Translations under genes and position numbers: made by a program
The notes under the pieces: generated by a model
The model's input: only the letters and a program-made list of their open reading frames with translations
What the model was told of the DNA's origin: nothing
The model's database searches: none
DNA from: a bacterium
GTDB lineage: Bacteria; Electryoneota; Electryoneia; Electryoneales; Electryoneaceae
Reading direction: 5' to 3'
Length of the DNA stretch: 64,000 nucleotides
Assembly: GCA_963669175.1 (NCBI GenBank)
Contig: OY769902.1
Location: forward strand, 4,992,001 to 5,056,000
In this document: piece after piece, positions 30,309 to 39,448 of the stretch
Position numbering within the stretch: position 1 is the first letter of the stretch
How the letters are laid out: the number at the start of each line of letters is the position of its first letter

Positions 30309-32405
30309 TTACTTCATCAGGGTCATCTTGCGAACCATGCTGTGCGATCCGCTGGTCATCTTGACGAAGTAAACACCACTGGCCAGGTCGCTGCCATCGA
30401 AGGAGATGGTGTGCTGACCATTGGTCATGGTACGGTTGGCCAGAACGGCAACCTGGCGGCCGAGCACATCGTAAACAGCCAGGTGAACCTTGCCGGTGCG
30501 TTCCAGCGAGAAGGCAATGCTGGTGGTCGGGTTGAACGGGTTCGGGTAGTTCTGCTGCAGGTTGAACTCGTTCGGCATCAGCGGCTCTTCATCATCCACG
30601 CCACCGCGCCAGAAACCTTCTGTGTCTTCCCAGTTATAACCCTGATCATCTGTCCAGTACTGTGTCGAGTCCACATGCAACGGCATGTTCGGCACCCACT
30701 CAGAATAGGACGCGAGCAGGTCGGCCTTGGGAACACGCTGCCAGACAGCATTGTTCTGGGTATAGGCGCCTTCATCCTGACGCGCGTTGCCACCTTCATA
30801 GTCCAGAATGTAGAACAGGTTCAGATATTCACCATCGTTGTTCAACGCGATGGTCGGGGAGCATTCACTGCGAGCATCGCCAGTAGCTGCACCGTTCGCA
30901 TCTGTGCTGTAACGTGTGTTGGTGACGTTTACGCCCTTGGCCCACAAGAGACCATAGTAGTCATCAATGTACGGACTGGCTGCGATATAAACTTCACCAT
31001 TGGCGAAACCGGACTGTGAGTAGTCAAGTTCGTTGACTTCAAGATCAGGATTCATGGAATCCGGGTAGATTACATCAAGTCCCATCTGCTGGTACACCAT
31101 GTACAGGGTTCCATCTTTTGGATCCTGGTACATATTGGGACGGTCAGCGGCGCGATGCCAGCCACCTGGATCGTAGCAATACTGACGACCATCGACAACC
31201 AGGGTAAAGAAATCGCTCGCTTCATCCCAGTGATAAATCCAGGAATACCGTGTGTACAGGCTTCCCTGCAACTGGAAATAACCACAGGTGGTAAAGGCAA
31301 CATGAAGTTTGTCGTTCATGTCAAAATAGGCGTTACAGTCACAGTAGGCACGCAGGGTGTCCCTGTTGGCAGCAGTTGTATCGGGCAGCAGGTCTTCATC
31401 CGGCGGGATGAAGTTGGTCAGGTTCACGTAATCGTTCCAGTTCTCACCACCATCTTCCGAGAGATACAGCCAGATGTCCTGGTTGTACTGGCTCCACTCG
31501 TCCACATCATCCGGGTGTTCCAGATAGTCACGGCTGATCGTAGCGACCACTGCAACACGCTGACCATCTTCCGATACGGCGATGTCTGCGCTGATGTTAC
31601 GCTGATACTCGCAAAGAAGAACCTGGTCATTGATTGTAAACGTGCCATCATCATTATGCACATGACGTGAATAATAGATCGGTTGCGGCAGGACCAGCTC
31701 TTCGTTCGGGTCATCCGGATTCACCGTGGTCACAACATGCATGACGCCATTCTGTGAATCATAGGCTGAACGGGGCCAGTACTGGGGTTCATCACCTTGC
31801 GCCGGAATAGTCTGCTCAATGAATGTTCCCGGGAAGACATCCCACTCATGTGCGAGAATGGTGCCCATGTTGTCACCATCATTGCCGCCATGATAAACCG
31901 GGAAACCAAGGTGATTGGTTGCATCGAAGCCCAAGGTTACGTAGGCAGCTACGGTACCGGCATCAACCGTGTAACCGTTCTGTATTTCATACTGCATAGC
32001 GCCACTGCCATCGACATAGCCACGGTTGAACGCAATGTGTACGTCCGAGTTCGGGCCTGGCTTGTCCATCCAGGAGAAGAACGCAACATTCGTTTCCGTG
32101 CTACCATTGACTGATACACCATCCGGGGTAAAAGCAACCATGCGACCCATTGTGCAGTTATGCTGGGCGTTGTAGTAGGTGTTACCAACGCTCAACGTGT
32201 CGCCCATGTACTCATCCAGCTCATTGAAACCTGCGTTCTGGGAAGGACTCCAGACGTATTCAGGTATTGCATGCTGGTTTGAAAAATTATCGCTGGGGTA
32301 AGCGATGGTGGCTGGGACCTTGTGGTCAATGTAGTCAGCAGCTACACCGACGCTAACCGAGAACGTCAGTAGTATTACAGCCAACAACAGTACACTCCGC
32401 TTCAT
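30309..32405 (-). CDS. T9SS type A sorting domain protein (BNR/propeller-like)
   Basis: Signal peptide; SEDGGENW BNR motif; LQQNYPNPFNPTT...YDVLGRQV...SGVYFVKM...KMTLMK. Confidence 0.88.
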   Translation of the reverse strand: MKRSVLLLAVILLTFSVSVGVAADYIDHKVPATIAYPSDNFSNQHAIPEYVWSPSQNAGFNELDEYMGDTLSVGNTYYNAQHNCTMGRMVAFTPDGVSVNGSTETNVAFFSWMDKPGPNSDVHIAFNRGYVDGSGAMQYEIQNGYTVDAGTVAAYVTLGFDATNHLGFPVYHGGNDGDNMGTILAHEWDVFPGTFIEQTIPAQGDEPQYWPRSAYDSQNGVMHVVTTVNPDDPNEELVLPQPIYYSRHVHNDDGTFTINDQVLLCEYQRNISADIAVSEDGQRVAVVATISRDYLEHPDDVDEWSQYNQDIWLYLSEDGGENWNDYVNLTNFIPPDEDLLPDTTAANRDTLRAYCDCNAYFDMNDKLHVAFTTCGYFQLQGSLYTRYSWIYHWDEASDFFTLVVDGRQYCYDPGGWHRAADRPNMYQDPKDGTLYMVYQQMGLDVIYPDSMNPDLEVNELDYSQSGFANGEVYIAASPYIDDYYGLLWAKGVNVTNTRYSTDANGAATGDARSECSPTIALNNDGEYLNLFYILDYEGGNARQDEGAYTQNNAVWQRVPKADLLASYSEWVPNMPLHVDSTQYWTDDQGYNWEDTEGFWRGGVDDEEPLMPNEFNLQQNYPNPFNPTTSIAFSLERTGKVHLAVYDVLGRQVAVLANRTMTNGQHTISFDGSDLASGVYFVKMTSGSHSMVRKMTLMK

Positions 32406-33412
32406 GATACCTCCATCCTTGGGAACCGTGCCTATACCGGACGTTTGACCACTCCCCCTTACAAAGTGGACTCGTCACTGCGTCTGGTTCTGGGAATACA
32501 CCACGGTTCAGTTATCGCTTTGCTAGGCTCCTGATCGAACACAATGGTTTGCTGCAATCCAACATTTATAAACTACAAACAACACCCTATGCAATGCCAG
32601 TGAGAGACCCCGCTTGAACAGGTTTGACTCGCAAACCAGTTCTTGACTTGTAGTGGATGCAAGTCCCTTCAAATGTTAAGACTTCCTTATACAATCTGGC
32701 AATATTTAACTATCTCCAAAAATACCAAAGAAAATAGAAAATATTTTACAGTTTCCGGTCCTTGATGAGACGATGAATTGCAATAACATAAAACTCATAA
32801 TAACAATATTATACAATGCTTTTTCATTCTTTTTTAGCGATAGATCTCACAAGCTCCAATCCCTGTTTTCAAACAAAAATCAAAGAATATTTTTTTATAC
32901 AGCTCATACCAATTTTGCACCTTTGTCGAACTCGAGCGAAGTTAGTTTTTTCACCGAAAACGGCAAAGAGGCCAATACTATCTCGCTGACGCAAAGACAC
33001 TCTGAAGTGAGCGGTGGTTCGCTCCCTTTTTCACACGATCCGGCTGTTGGTGCGTCAGATTGTATGAAGCTTATCAGGAGGCTCGTGTCCGTTTCAGCGC
33101 ACATATACAATAGTAACAGGATATATCGGCAATATTTCAACATAATCGAAAACCAGCAGACATAAGGTGAGAGTATCTTTGAACAGAGAATTTGCTTTAT
33201 CGGCTCTGATCTTTTTCATATTCGCGATTCAAGTACTGTCAAAATGTATAGAATTACCAAAAGGACTAAAAACAGGTATTACGCTAAAGATCACGAGCTC
33301 TAAAATTATAGTTTTCATACTCTTTGACTTGATTTGTTTTTTCGTGAATTCTATCTTTGTAAAGATAGATTTAATATCCCTTGGATTTCGTCATCTATCG
33401 GGGAGGTTAATC

Positions 33413-33850
33413 ATGTCTGTTGTTGAAGACTCAAAATGTAATCCGGTAGCCCTTGTTGTTGACGATGACTGCCAGATGACCCGCCTTTTGGGCGCATTCC
33501 TTCAGGATGTTGGCTTTCAAACCATAGCAGCACATGATGGTTTGCAGGGTGAGAAGGTTTTCATGGAAAAACACCCTGATCTTGTGGTCAGTGATATTCA
33601 CATGCCTGGACAGAACGGTCTGATATTACTGAAAAAGATCAAGCATGTTTCTCCTCATACAGTGGTAATTCTGATAACCGGCCACCAGCATTATGAGCAG
33701 TTGGTGAGTTATTCCAAAACCCCGCCTGACGGTTTTTTTGTCAAACCTTTTGATGTGGATCGGTTTCTGGATAGCATACGCCTTGCATTTTACAATGCGC
33801 GCATGCAGCAGAACATGCGGATACGGACCAGGAATGAGGTTGTACACTAA
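33413..33850 (+). CDS. single-domain response regulator (receiver)
   Basis: GGGAGG RBS, ATG 33413; VVDDD, DLVVSDIHMPGQNG, ITG, KPF motifs. Confidence 0.9.
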   Translation: MSVVEDSKCNPVALVVDDDCQMTRLLGAFLQDVGFQTIAAHDGLQGEKVFMEKHPDLVVSDIHMPGQNGLILLKKIKHVSPHTVVILITGHQHYEQLVSYSKTPPDGFFVKPFDVDRFLDSIRLAFYNARMQQNMRIRTRNEVVH

Positions 33851-33864
33851 GTTTTCATTGTCAC

Positions 33865-34530
33865 CTATTCTGAAAGCAACTCGCGGAAGCGTTCAAACTT
33901 GTATTCTTCACCGACTGCCAGTTCACTTGCGGTCATACCACCGATATCCCTGGCATCTTTATTGGCGCCATGTTCCAGCAATACTCTTCCGGACGCGATA
34001 GCGCCAGCGGCCGCTGCATAGTGTAAGGGTGTTCTTCCTGACGATGCGGCGACTGTATTGGGATCACATCCCTTTTCCAACAGGATTCGGACAATATTTA
34101 CCGCATTTCCCGCGGCAGCCATATGGATCGGTTCCACTTTCTGAGGGCCGCCGACAAGATGCATATCCGCCCCATCGTCCAGCAGCAGGGTGGCAATATC
34201 AGCATTATTGATTCCTGAAGCGATCAGCAGCGGTGTAAACCCGACTTGATCCTGTACATTCACATTGGCCCCCGCTTTCAGGAGCAATTCCGTAACTGAG
34301 ATGGAATTGTTAAAGGAAGCCACATGTAACGCAGTACCCCCGTGCTCGTTTGCAGAATCAGGGTCAGCTCCTTCCTGGATCAGGTAGGCTGCCAGGAGGG
34401 AATCATTATTCATGGCTGCATGAAAGAGATTCTTCCCTTCCCATTTCTCCTGAAACTGAATTTTCTTTTCTCCGCAGGAAACGAACAAAAGGAGAGAGAA
34501 TACGGCCAGGAATATGTATGAGTAACGCAT
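33865..34530 (-). CDS. ankyrin-repeat lipoprotein
   Basis: Lipobox LFVS-C; repeated G.T[AP]L[HL].A....LL..GA motifs. Confidence 0.92.
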   Translation of the reverse strand: MRYSYIFLAVFSLLLFVSCGEKKIQFQEKWEGKNLFHAAMNNDSLLAAYLIQEGADPDSANEHGGTALHVASFNNSISVTELLLKAGANVNVQDQVGFTPLLIASGINNADIATLLLDDGADMHLVGGPQKVEPIHMAAAGNAVNIVRILLEKGCDPNTVAASSGRTPLHYAAAAGAIASGRVLLEHGANKDARDIGGMTASELAVGEEYKFERFRELLSE

Positions 34531-34563
34531 GTGGGATCCTGTGGTAAAACTGTGTTGGGCCGC

Positions 34564-35364
34564 TTACGGAACAGGAAAATATAAGGACACTACAGTACCC
34601 TTTCCAGGCGAGCTGTTCAGCGCGACAAATCCATTGTGATGCGTGACAAAGAAGCGGACCTTGTCAAACCCCATCCCAAAGACCTTCAATGGCCTGCTAC
34701 GAGCCAACGCGGGATTCAGCAACTGCTCAATCTCCGGCTGATTGAGACTACGCCCACAGTACCCGATATGAATACTGGCAAACTTTCCTGAGACAGGTTC
34801 ATCTGTGTCAATCACTGGTGCATTGTCAAGTTCTTCAACAACGCTGTTGATATGTAATTCACCCTTGTCCTGCATATATTCACGCGCCATCATGCAAATA
34901 TGCGCAATCGACTGCTCCAGTTGCTGACGATCCGCCAGAATTTCAGGCATTCCGGGATCGGTAGACAGGGTAACGGTTGCGTCCATGGACACGATCCGTT
35001 GCATCATGGGTTTCAACTCTTCGACCAGTTCATTCAGGTTGATCGATTCCGGATTGTATATTGTCTTTCTTCCCAGTGCTTTCAGTTTATCGACCAACGG
35101 GTGCGTCCTTGAAACCGCGTTTTGAAGATGATCCAGATGAACCAGCGCAGGATGATCCTTCTCAAGTTTTAAAGCGATTAATTCACCACGACCATGAATT
35201 ACCGCAAGCAGGTTGCCTAAATCATGCGACAATTCATACACAGCCCTTAAAAGATGATCTTTCTCCAGTGTTGCACCTTCACCATCCTTCTTCGGCTGCT
35301 TTAATTGCACGTTAGCGTCTTCGCTCATCTCCAATACCTTCATGATGAATGTCGAATAAGTCAA
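34564..35364 (-). CDS. HisKA + degenerate HATPase protein (pseudo-histidine kinase)
   Basis: H-box SHDLGNLL retained; N, G1, F and G2 boxes are substituted. Start may be 35343 or 35328. Confidence 0.75.
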   Translation of the reverse strand: MTYSTFIMKVLEMSEDANVQLKQPKKDGEGATLEKDHLLRAVYELSHDLGNLLAVIHGRGELIALKLEKDHPALVHLDHLQNAVSRTHPLVDKLKALGRKTIYNPESINLNELVEELKPMMQRIVSMDATVTLSTDPGMPEILADRQQLEQSIAHICMMAREYMQDKGELHINSVVEELDNAPVIDTDEPVSGKFASIHIGYCGRSLNQPEIEQLLNPALARSRPLKVFGMGFDKVRFFVTHHNGFVALNSSPGKGTVVSLYFPVP

Positions 35365-35477
35365 ACATACTACAAATCCGGAAGGAAAAAAACACGAAAA
35401 AGGATAAATGGTGGCAATGATGGATGGAAGTCACCTGACATCGTGTGGCAAAGATTGGCCGACATCAATCAATAATT

Positions 35478-35795
35478 TCAGGCATACCGGTCAACTTTGC
35501 GGGTACTCTCCCATTCCTCACCGGCAATTCGCAGAGAGCGTTCAGCTTCGGCAGCTTCTGTCATCTGGGCATCTGTCGGCGGCGCTTCACTTTCAGGACG
35601 TTCCGGCTGCCGTGCGGGTTGAGAATCCTTCTCAACTCTCTCTTCACGAATAGTACTTTGCTTTCGTTGTGATGATTCCGTGTTTTCCTGCTTCACCTCG
35701 TTGCGTTGTTGCTGCTTTTCGGGATTCCTCTCCATATAGGAATACTCCGGAATCATCCTTGCGCCAACCCCAGGCATTAAGTCGTTGTTCTGCAT
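35478..35795 (-). CDS. hypothetical charged/disordered protein ending TRKVDRYA
   Basis: GAGGTG RBS before ATG 35795; E/Q/R-rich. Confidence 0.65.
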   Translation of the reverse strand: MQNNDLMPGVGARMIPEYSYMERNPEKQQQRNEVKQENTESSQRKQSTIREERVEKDSQPARQPERPESEAPPTDAQMTEAAEAERSLRIAGEEWESTRKVDRYA

Positions 35796-35824
35796 CTTAC
35801 ACCTCAAAAATGGTAGTATTCACA

Positions 35825-36031
35825 TCAATAATAACAATCCACCTGGCTACCCAGACCTGAACCAGCTTCGTTGCTGAAGGGCACCTCGAAGGAATCCTGA
35901 ATCTCTTCCTCCTCCTGGTCCAGCATCAGCATGACATCCACATACATCCTAAATGAGCCACCTTTTCCCGATGAGCCAGATCTGCTCTCAGGAAATGCCT
36001 GTTGCAAAAAACCACTTTCAGAATCTTGCAT
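35825..36031 (-). CDS. small hypothetical protein ending GSQVDCYY
   Basis: GGAG RBS before ATG 36031. Confidence 0.6.
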   Translation of the reverse strand: MQDSESGFLQQAFPESRSGSSGKGGSFRMYVDVMLMLDQEEEEIQDSFEVPFSNEAGSGLGSQVDCYY

Positions 36032-36065
36032 GTTTTCTACTCCATTTTCGGGATACGATCCTTTA

Positions 36066-36290
36066 TCAGATTTGAATATCAAGTGTCTGCCCCATTATTC
36101 CCGCTTTCATGGCATCTTGCATTCCACCCATTGACGAGTAATTTGCCGAAACTGGGGCTTGTTTCATGGAGGCTGATGTCTTCTCAGTCGCGCTGCCAGA
36201 AGACTTTACCGAGTTTGACCTGGACCTGGGTAAAGACCACGCCGAAAACGTACCAAGTAGTGGTCTTGCTGCCACACCTGAAAAATTCAT
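36066..36290 (-). CDS. small hypothetical protein ending GQTLDIQI
   Basis: AGGAGG RBS; Ser-rich. Confidence 0.7.
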   Translation of the reverse strand: MNFSGVAARPLLGTFSAWSLPRSRSNSVKSSGSATEKTSASMKQAPVSANYSSMGGMQDAMKAGIMGQTLDIQI

Positions 36291-36303
36291 TTCAGCCTCC
36301 TGC

Positions 36304-36501
36304 TCACCCCAGTGTGTTCAAATTCTGCCCCACACCGCTCGGCGCTGGAATCAGGGACGCCACCATGCGCTGGTTTTCCCAGGACATGGTCAATATCCCG
36401 GTCCAGACACTCATCGCATCACTTGCATCCTGCGCCATCTGCAGATCCTGAGAAGAAGAATCCGATGATGTCGTAACACTTGTACTTGAAATGCCATCCA
36501 T
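36304..36501 (-). CDS. YjfB-like small protein ending GQNLNTLG
   Basis: GGAGG RBS; Ser-rich N-terminus, helical middle, P..G.G.NLN tail as in YjfB-type motility proteins. Confidence 0.65.
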   Translation of the reverse strand: MDGISSTSVTTSSDSSSQDLQMAQDASDAMSVWTGILTMSWENQRMVASLIPAPSGVGQNLNTLG

Positions 36502-36544
36502 GCTCTGTATCCTCCGTCACTTTATCCTCAATTGCATCTATCAT

Positions 36545-36793
36545 TCAGGCCATCACATCTATTTTTTGTCCGTTGTTTGAATTCGCATGCATTCGCGTCA
36601 CCATCCTGTCCACTTCAAACACCTGCCTCAGCACAATCAGGGAAGCTTCATGTTGTGTCATGGCTGAACGGTAATTGACATAGGAACGTACCGGGTCTTT
36701 TGTCATGCCGTCCATGGCCTTCTCCAGCGCTGCCTGGCTACGATCTAATGAGGCTAATACCGTGCTGTATGTCGTTCCGGTTGCCTTGATCAT
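36545..36793 (-). CDS. small helical protein ending GQKIDVMA (reminiscent of flagellar rod C-terminal-like small proteins)
   Basis: ATGA overlap with the upstream ORF (translational coupling). Confidence 0.65.
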   Translation of the reverse strand: MIKATGTTYSTVLASLDRSQAALEKAMDGMTKDPVRSYVNYRSAMTQHEASLIVLRQVFEVDRMVTRMHANSNNGQKIDVMA

Positions 36794-37164
36794 TTTGCCC
36801 GCTTCCGCGTCTTCTCAACCTGATCCTTGCGAATTCGGGTTTGCGTCTCGATAATGCATCCCTCGTTCGACAACGAATCCTGCAGCAGGATTTCGGTCTG
36901 AATGCGAATCCGAATTCCTGTTCCCTCATTTTCTATACTGATCTTTCCCGACGGCTGAGATTCATTTGTTTTGTCCTGTACCTGAGGAACCGGCAGCAGG
37001 TCATCCACATTTCCCAGCCTTCTCACCCTTGCCCTGAATTGAGCGCCAGGGGGCGCATAGGTTTTGAATTCTTCTTCTATTTCCTCATCTCGCCAGGTAT
37101 CGTCCTGCCAGATTACCGGGTTCCGTGGGATCAACGCCTTGTTCGGTCTGACGGGATCGCTCAT
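36790..37164 (-). CDS. hypothetical protein
   Basis: ATGA overlaps with neighbours at both ends. Confidence 0.65.
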   Translation of the reverse strand: MSDPVRPNKALIPRNPVIWQDDTWRDEEIEEEFKTYAPPGAQFRARVRRLGNVDDLLPVPQVQDKTNESQPSGKISIENEGTGIRIRIQTEILLQDSLSNEGCIIETQTRIRKDQVEKTRKRAK

Positions 37165-38498
37165 GCAACCCTCAGGAACTGACCGTAAGAGCGTTCGCCC
37201 ATCCCGAAACCATATGCCCGGTAGGCTTTTGTCGCCAGGGATCCTGCATCGGAATCCGGATAGGCGACAGCGATCTCAGCAGCATCCCTTGTCAATCCTT
37301 CAGCGACATTCTCATTTCGGGCAGCCATCATGGACAGGGAAACATTATTATCGAACAGGTGTTCCGGTATTCCGCTGTCTCCCCCCCCTGTAGCCTGCTT
37401 CGCCCGGTCTGCCCAATAGGTGGCAGAAAGGTCACTTGAAGAAGTAGAATCCGAGTTGATATCCTGTCCATTCAACCAGGTCGCAACACTGTCATCGCCT
37501 TTACTGGTAAGTGAATCGGACCAGACTGCTTCAGCCAGATCATCACGTCCTTCGAAAAAACGACCTTCGTATCCGTTATAAGGAAAGCTGCCCATTTTCT
37601 CTGCTGCTTCATCGGCCAGTTGATCACGCATTTCATCTTCTACCGTACCGACCTTACGCTTGAATTCCTCTGCGTAATCCTTGTCCTGCTCAACCCATTC
37701 ACGTGTTCCCGCATCATCCAATAACTTCAACGCAGCAAGCGGATGATCTTCCATGAATTCATCATCCAGCACTTCCTTTGTGGTGCTGCTCAACTCGTCA
37801 TCAAGTTCTTCACGCACCTTTTCACGGCTATCATCACGAAGCGCCGTGGTGGGGTTCGTTTCCAGGTTCTCTTTCAGGTCAGGATCTCTTTTCAGTTCGT
37901 CCGCGAGTCCACCACGGTTTTCCAGCGCCATGCGTGCAACATCAGGCTGGCTCAGCCACGTATTCTTGTCCACCCCCGCAACGATGGTATTCTCAGCCTG
38001 TTCGGTCAGGTCTTTGTCCTGATGCTGGGCCATGGTCGGGTCGCCTTCCACATAGCCTTCGCGTGGATCTTTATTCTCGACCAGGTAATCCCGCACTTCG
38101 CTGTCCTTGCGGGCAAAGACCGTATCCTCAGGATCACGGCTGCTGCGAGCATCCACCGCTTCCGCGTTTTCGTCTGCATAGTGAACTTCCGCGTCTTTCA
38201 ACGGATTGTCCCAAAAACTGCTTTTGTCCTGACCGATGTACTTCTCACCCATCGGGGTTCGCTGCAATGGGTTCAGGGTATCGTTGAAGGAATAGGTGTC
38301 TTTTGATTGGGTATAGAAGGGTGAGGTCGGGTTGATTCCACGGAAGCGTGATGAGCTGGTATCGGCCTGATCCTTTGCCACAGCGGTTTCGAAGGAGGTT
38401 GTTCTTGAGCCGGACCATCCCATGCGACGAGACAACTCGGTGTTTCGTCCCAGGAAGGAAACTGCATCAGCACTGGTATTCAGAACTGTACTGCTCAC
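37161..38498 (-). CDS. hypothetical acidic protein (445 aa) ending GQFLRVA
   Basis: Long ORF, GTG start; Ser/Thr-rich N-terminus with no Sec signal; D/E-rich helical core. Confidence 0.8.
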   Translation of the reverse strand: MSSTVLNTSADAVSFLGRNTELSRRMGWSGSRTTSFETAVAKDQADTSSSRFRGINPTSPFYTQSKDTYSFNDTLNPLQRTPMGEKYIGQDKSSFWDNPLKDAEVHYADENAEAVDARSSRDPEDTVFARKDSEVRDYLVENKDPREGYVEGDPTMAQHQDKDLTEQAENTIVAGVDKNTWLSQPDVARMALENRGGLADELKRDPDLKENLETNPTTALRDDSREKVREELDDELSSTTKEVLDDEFMEDHPLAALKLLDDAGTREWVEQDKDYAEEFKRKVGTVEDEMRDQLADEAAEKMGSFPYNGYEGRFFEGRDDLAEAVWSDSLTSKGDDSVATWLNGQDINSDSTSSSDLSATYWADRAKQATGGGDSGIPEHLFDNNVSLSMMAARNENVAEGLTRDAAEIAVAYPDSDAGSLATKAYRAYGFGMGERSYGQFLRVA

Positions 38499-38531
38499 GT
38501 TCTCACCCGTGTATGGTCTGGCTCGACCGGC

Positions 38532-38558
38532 TCAAGTTTCTGCTGGCGCTTCCGATAA
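38532..38558 (+). promoter_or_regulatory. candidate sigma28 (FliA)-type promoter
   Basis: TCAAG-N14-TCCGATAA. Confidence 0.4.
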
Positions 38559-39023
38559 TAGATGTGAGGTTAACCGTGCGGATTAAACCGTCGTGGCGTG
38601 TAACAACGCCCCCTGCTGCCACAGGTAAATGACGGTTGCAAGTCCATCTGTTCAGGCACATTCCATCCTTCTCCTTGGATGAATTCCGCTGACTTCCCAC
38701 GGTTGCCTCTTTTTCTCTCCGCATTCCAACTTTTGCTGCAATTCTTGTTTCACGCAAAGCCCCCCGACAACAGCATTCGAGGGCAGGGTACAAGTCGCAA
38801 AGAAAGAAAATCAAAAAGAACGCGTAAACATTTAAACATCTTTAACAACATTCTTATCCTACAGGCTTCATTTACAAAGCATTATCTTTTATCCTTGACA
38901 TCCTTCTTATCCTGTTAATCCTGTAAATTCTTGTAAAACTGAAGGACAAGAATACAGTCAGACAGCCTGTTGAGGCAGTTGGAGTGGTGCAGCAATCGGG
39001 ATGGATGTTGGAAGGAAACGGTG

Positions 39024-39048
39024 CAGGGTTCCGTTTAACGGAACCCTG
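39024..39048 (-). terminator. hairpin downstream of ORF 39063
   Basis: cagggttccgtt-t-aacggaaccctg perfect inverted repeat. Confidence 0.55.
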
Positions 39049-39062
39049 TCACCATCAACAGA

Positions 39063-39371
39063 TCAGGAATCCAGGGTTTCTCGTGCCATCTGGTAGCCGA
39101 CTGACAACCAGTTGTCCGAGACTGCCTGGGTAGTCTCCTCCGGTAACGCAGCTTCCACAGGTTCCCCTGATTCGGCACGCGCTGCCTGACGGCCTTCTTC
39201 GCTGATTTCTACCTTGTCATGAAGATCGGGGATAAGACTCGCAGCAAACCCTTCGCTCCGCTTTGACTCAGAGGAACGACTTTCGCTGCGATCCGCTTTC
39301 TTCGATTTCTCGGTAGAACGAATCGGCTCGAGACTGTTTCCGTAGATGGCCTTGATGAGATCGCCCATCAT
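39063..39371 (-). CDS. hypothetical protein with FlgM-like DxVxIS motif
   Basis: GGAG RBS before ATG 39371; HDKVEISEEGRQAA. Confidence 0.7.
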   Translation of the reverse strand: MMGDLIKAIYGNSLEPIRSTEKSKKADRSESRSSESKRSEGFAASLIPDLHDKVEISEEGRQAARAESGEPVEAALPEETTQAVSDNWLSVGYQMARETLDS

Positions 39372-39431
39372 TGCTCCCAAGCTTCAGGCCCATTCCATCC
39401 GGCGCTGCCACACCGGTTCCGCTTTTAAAGA

Positions 39432-39448
39432 TACAAAGGCTGTGCCAA
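39432..39448 (-). promoter_or_regulatory. candidate sigma54 promoter
   Basis: TTGGCACAGCCTTTGTA: canonical -24 box, GT instead of GC at -12; about 60 nt upstream of ATG 39371. Confidence 0.5.

Noticed and set aside
32773-33412. 130-aa ORF and N-terminal extension of the receiver ORF
   Set aside because: AT-rich intergenic sequence without RBS or motifs; the strong RBS precedes ATG 33413.
38737-38753. Second sigma54 promoter (TGAAAC-N5-TTGCA, minus strand)
   Set aside because: Lacks the invariant GG at -24.
38503-38918. ORFs 38503-38814 (-) and 38679-38918 (+)
   Set aside because: No clear RBS or protein-like composition, and the + ORF runs into the AGGAT tract. Cannot be supported, though not excluded.
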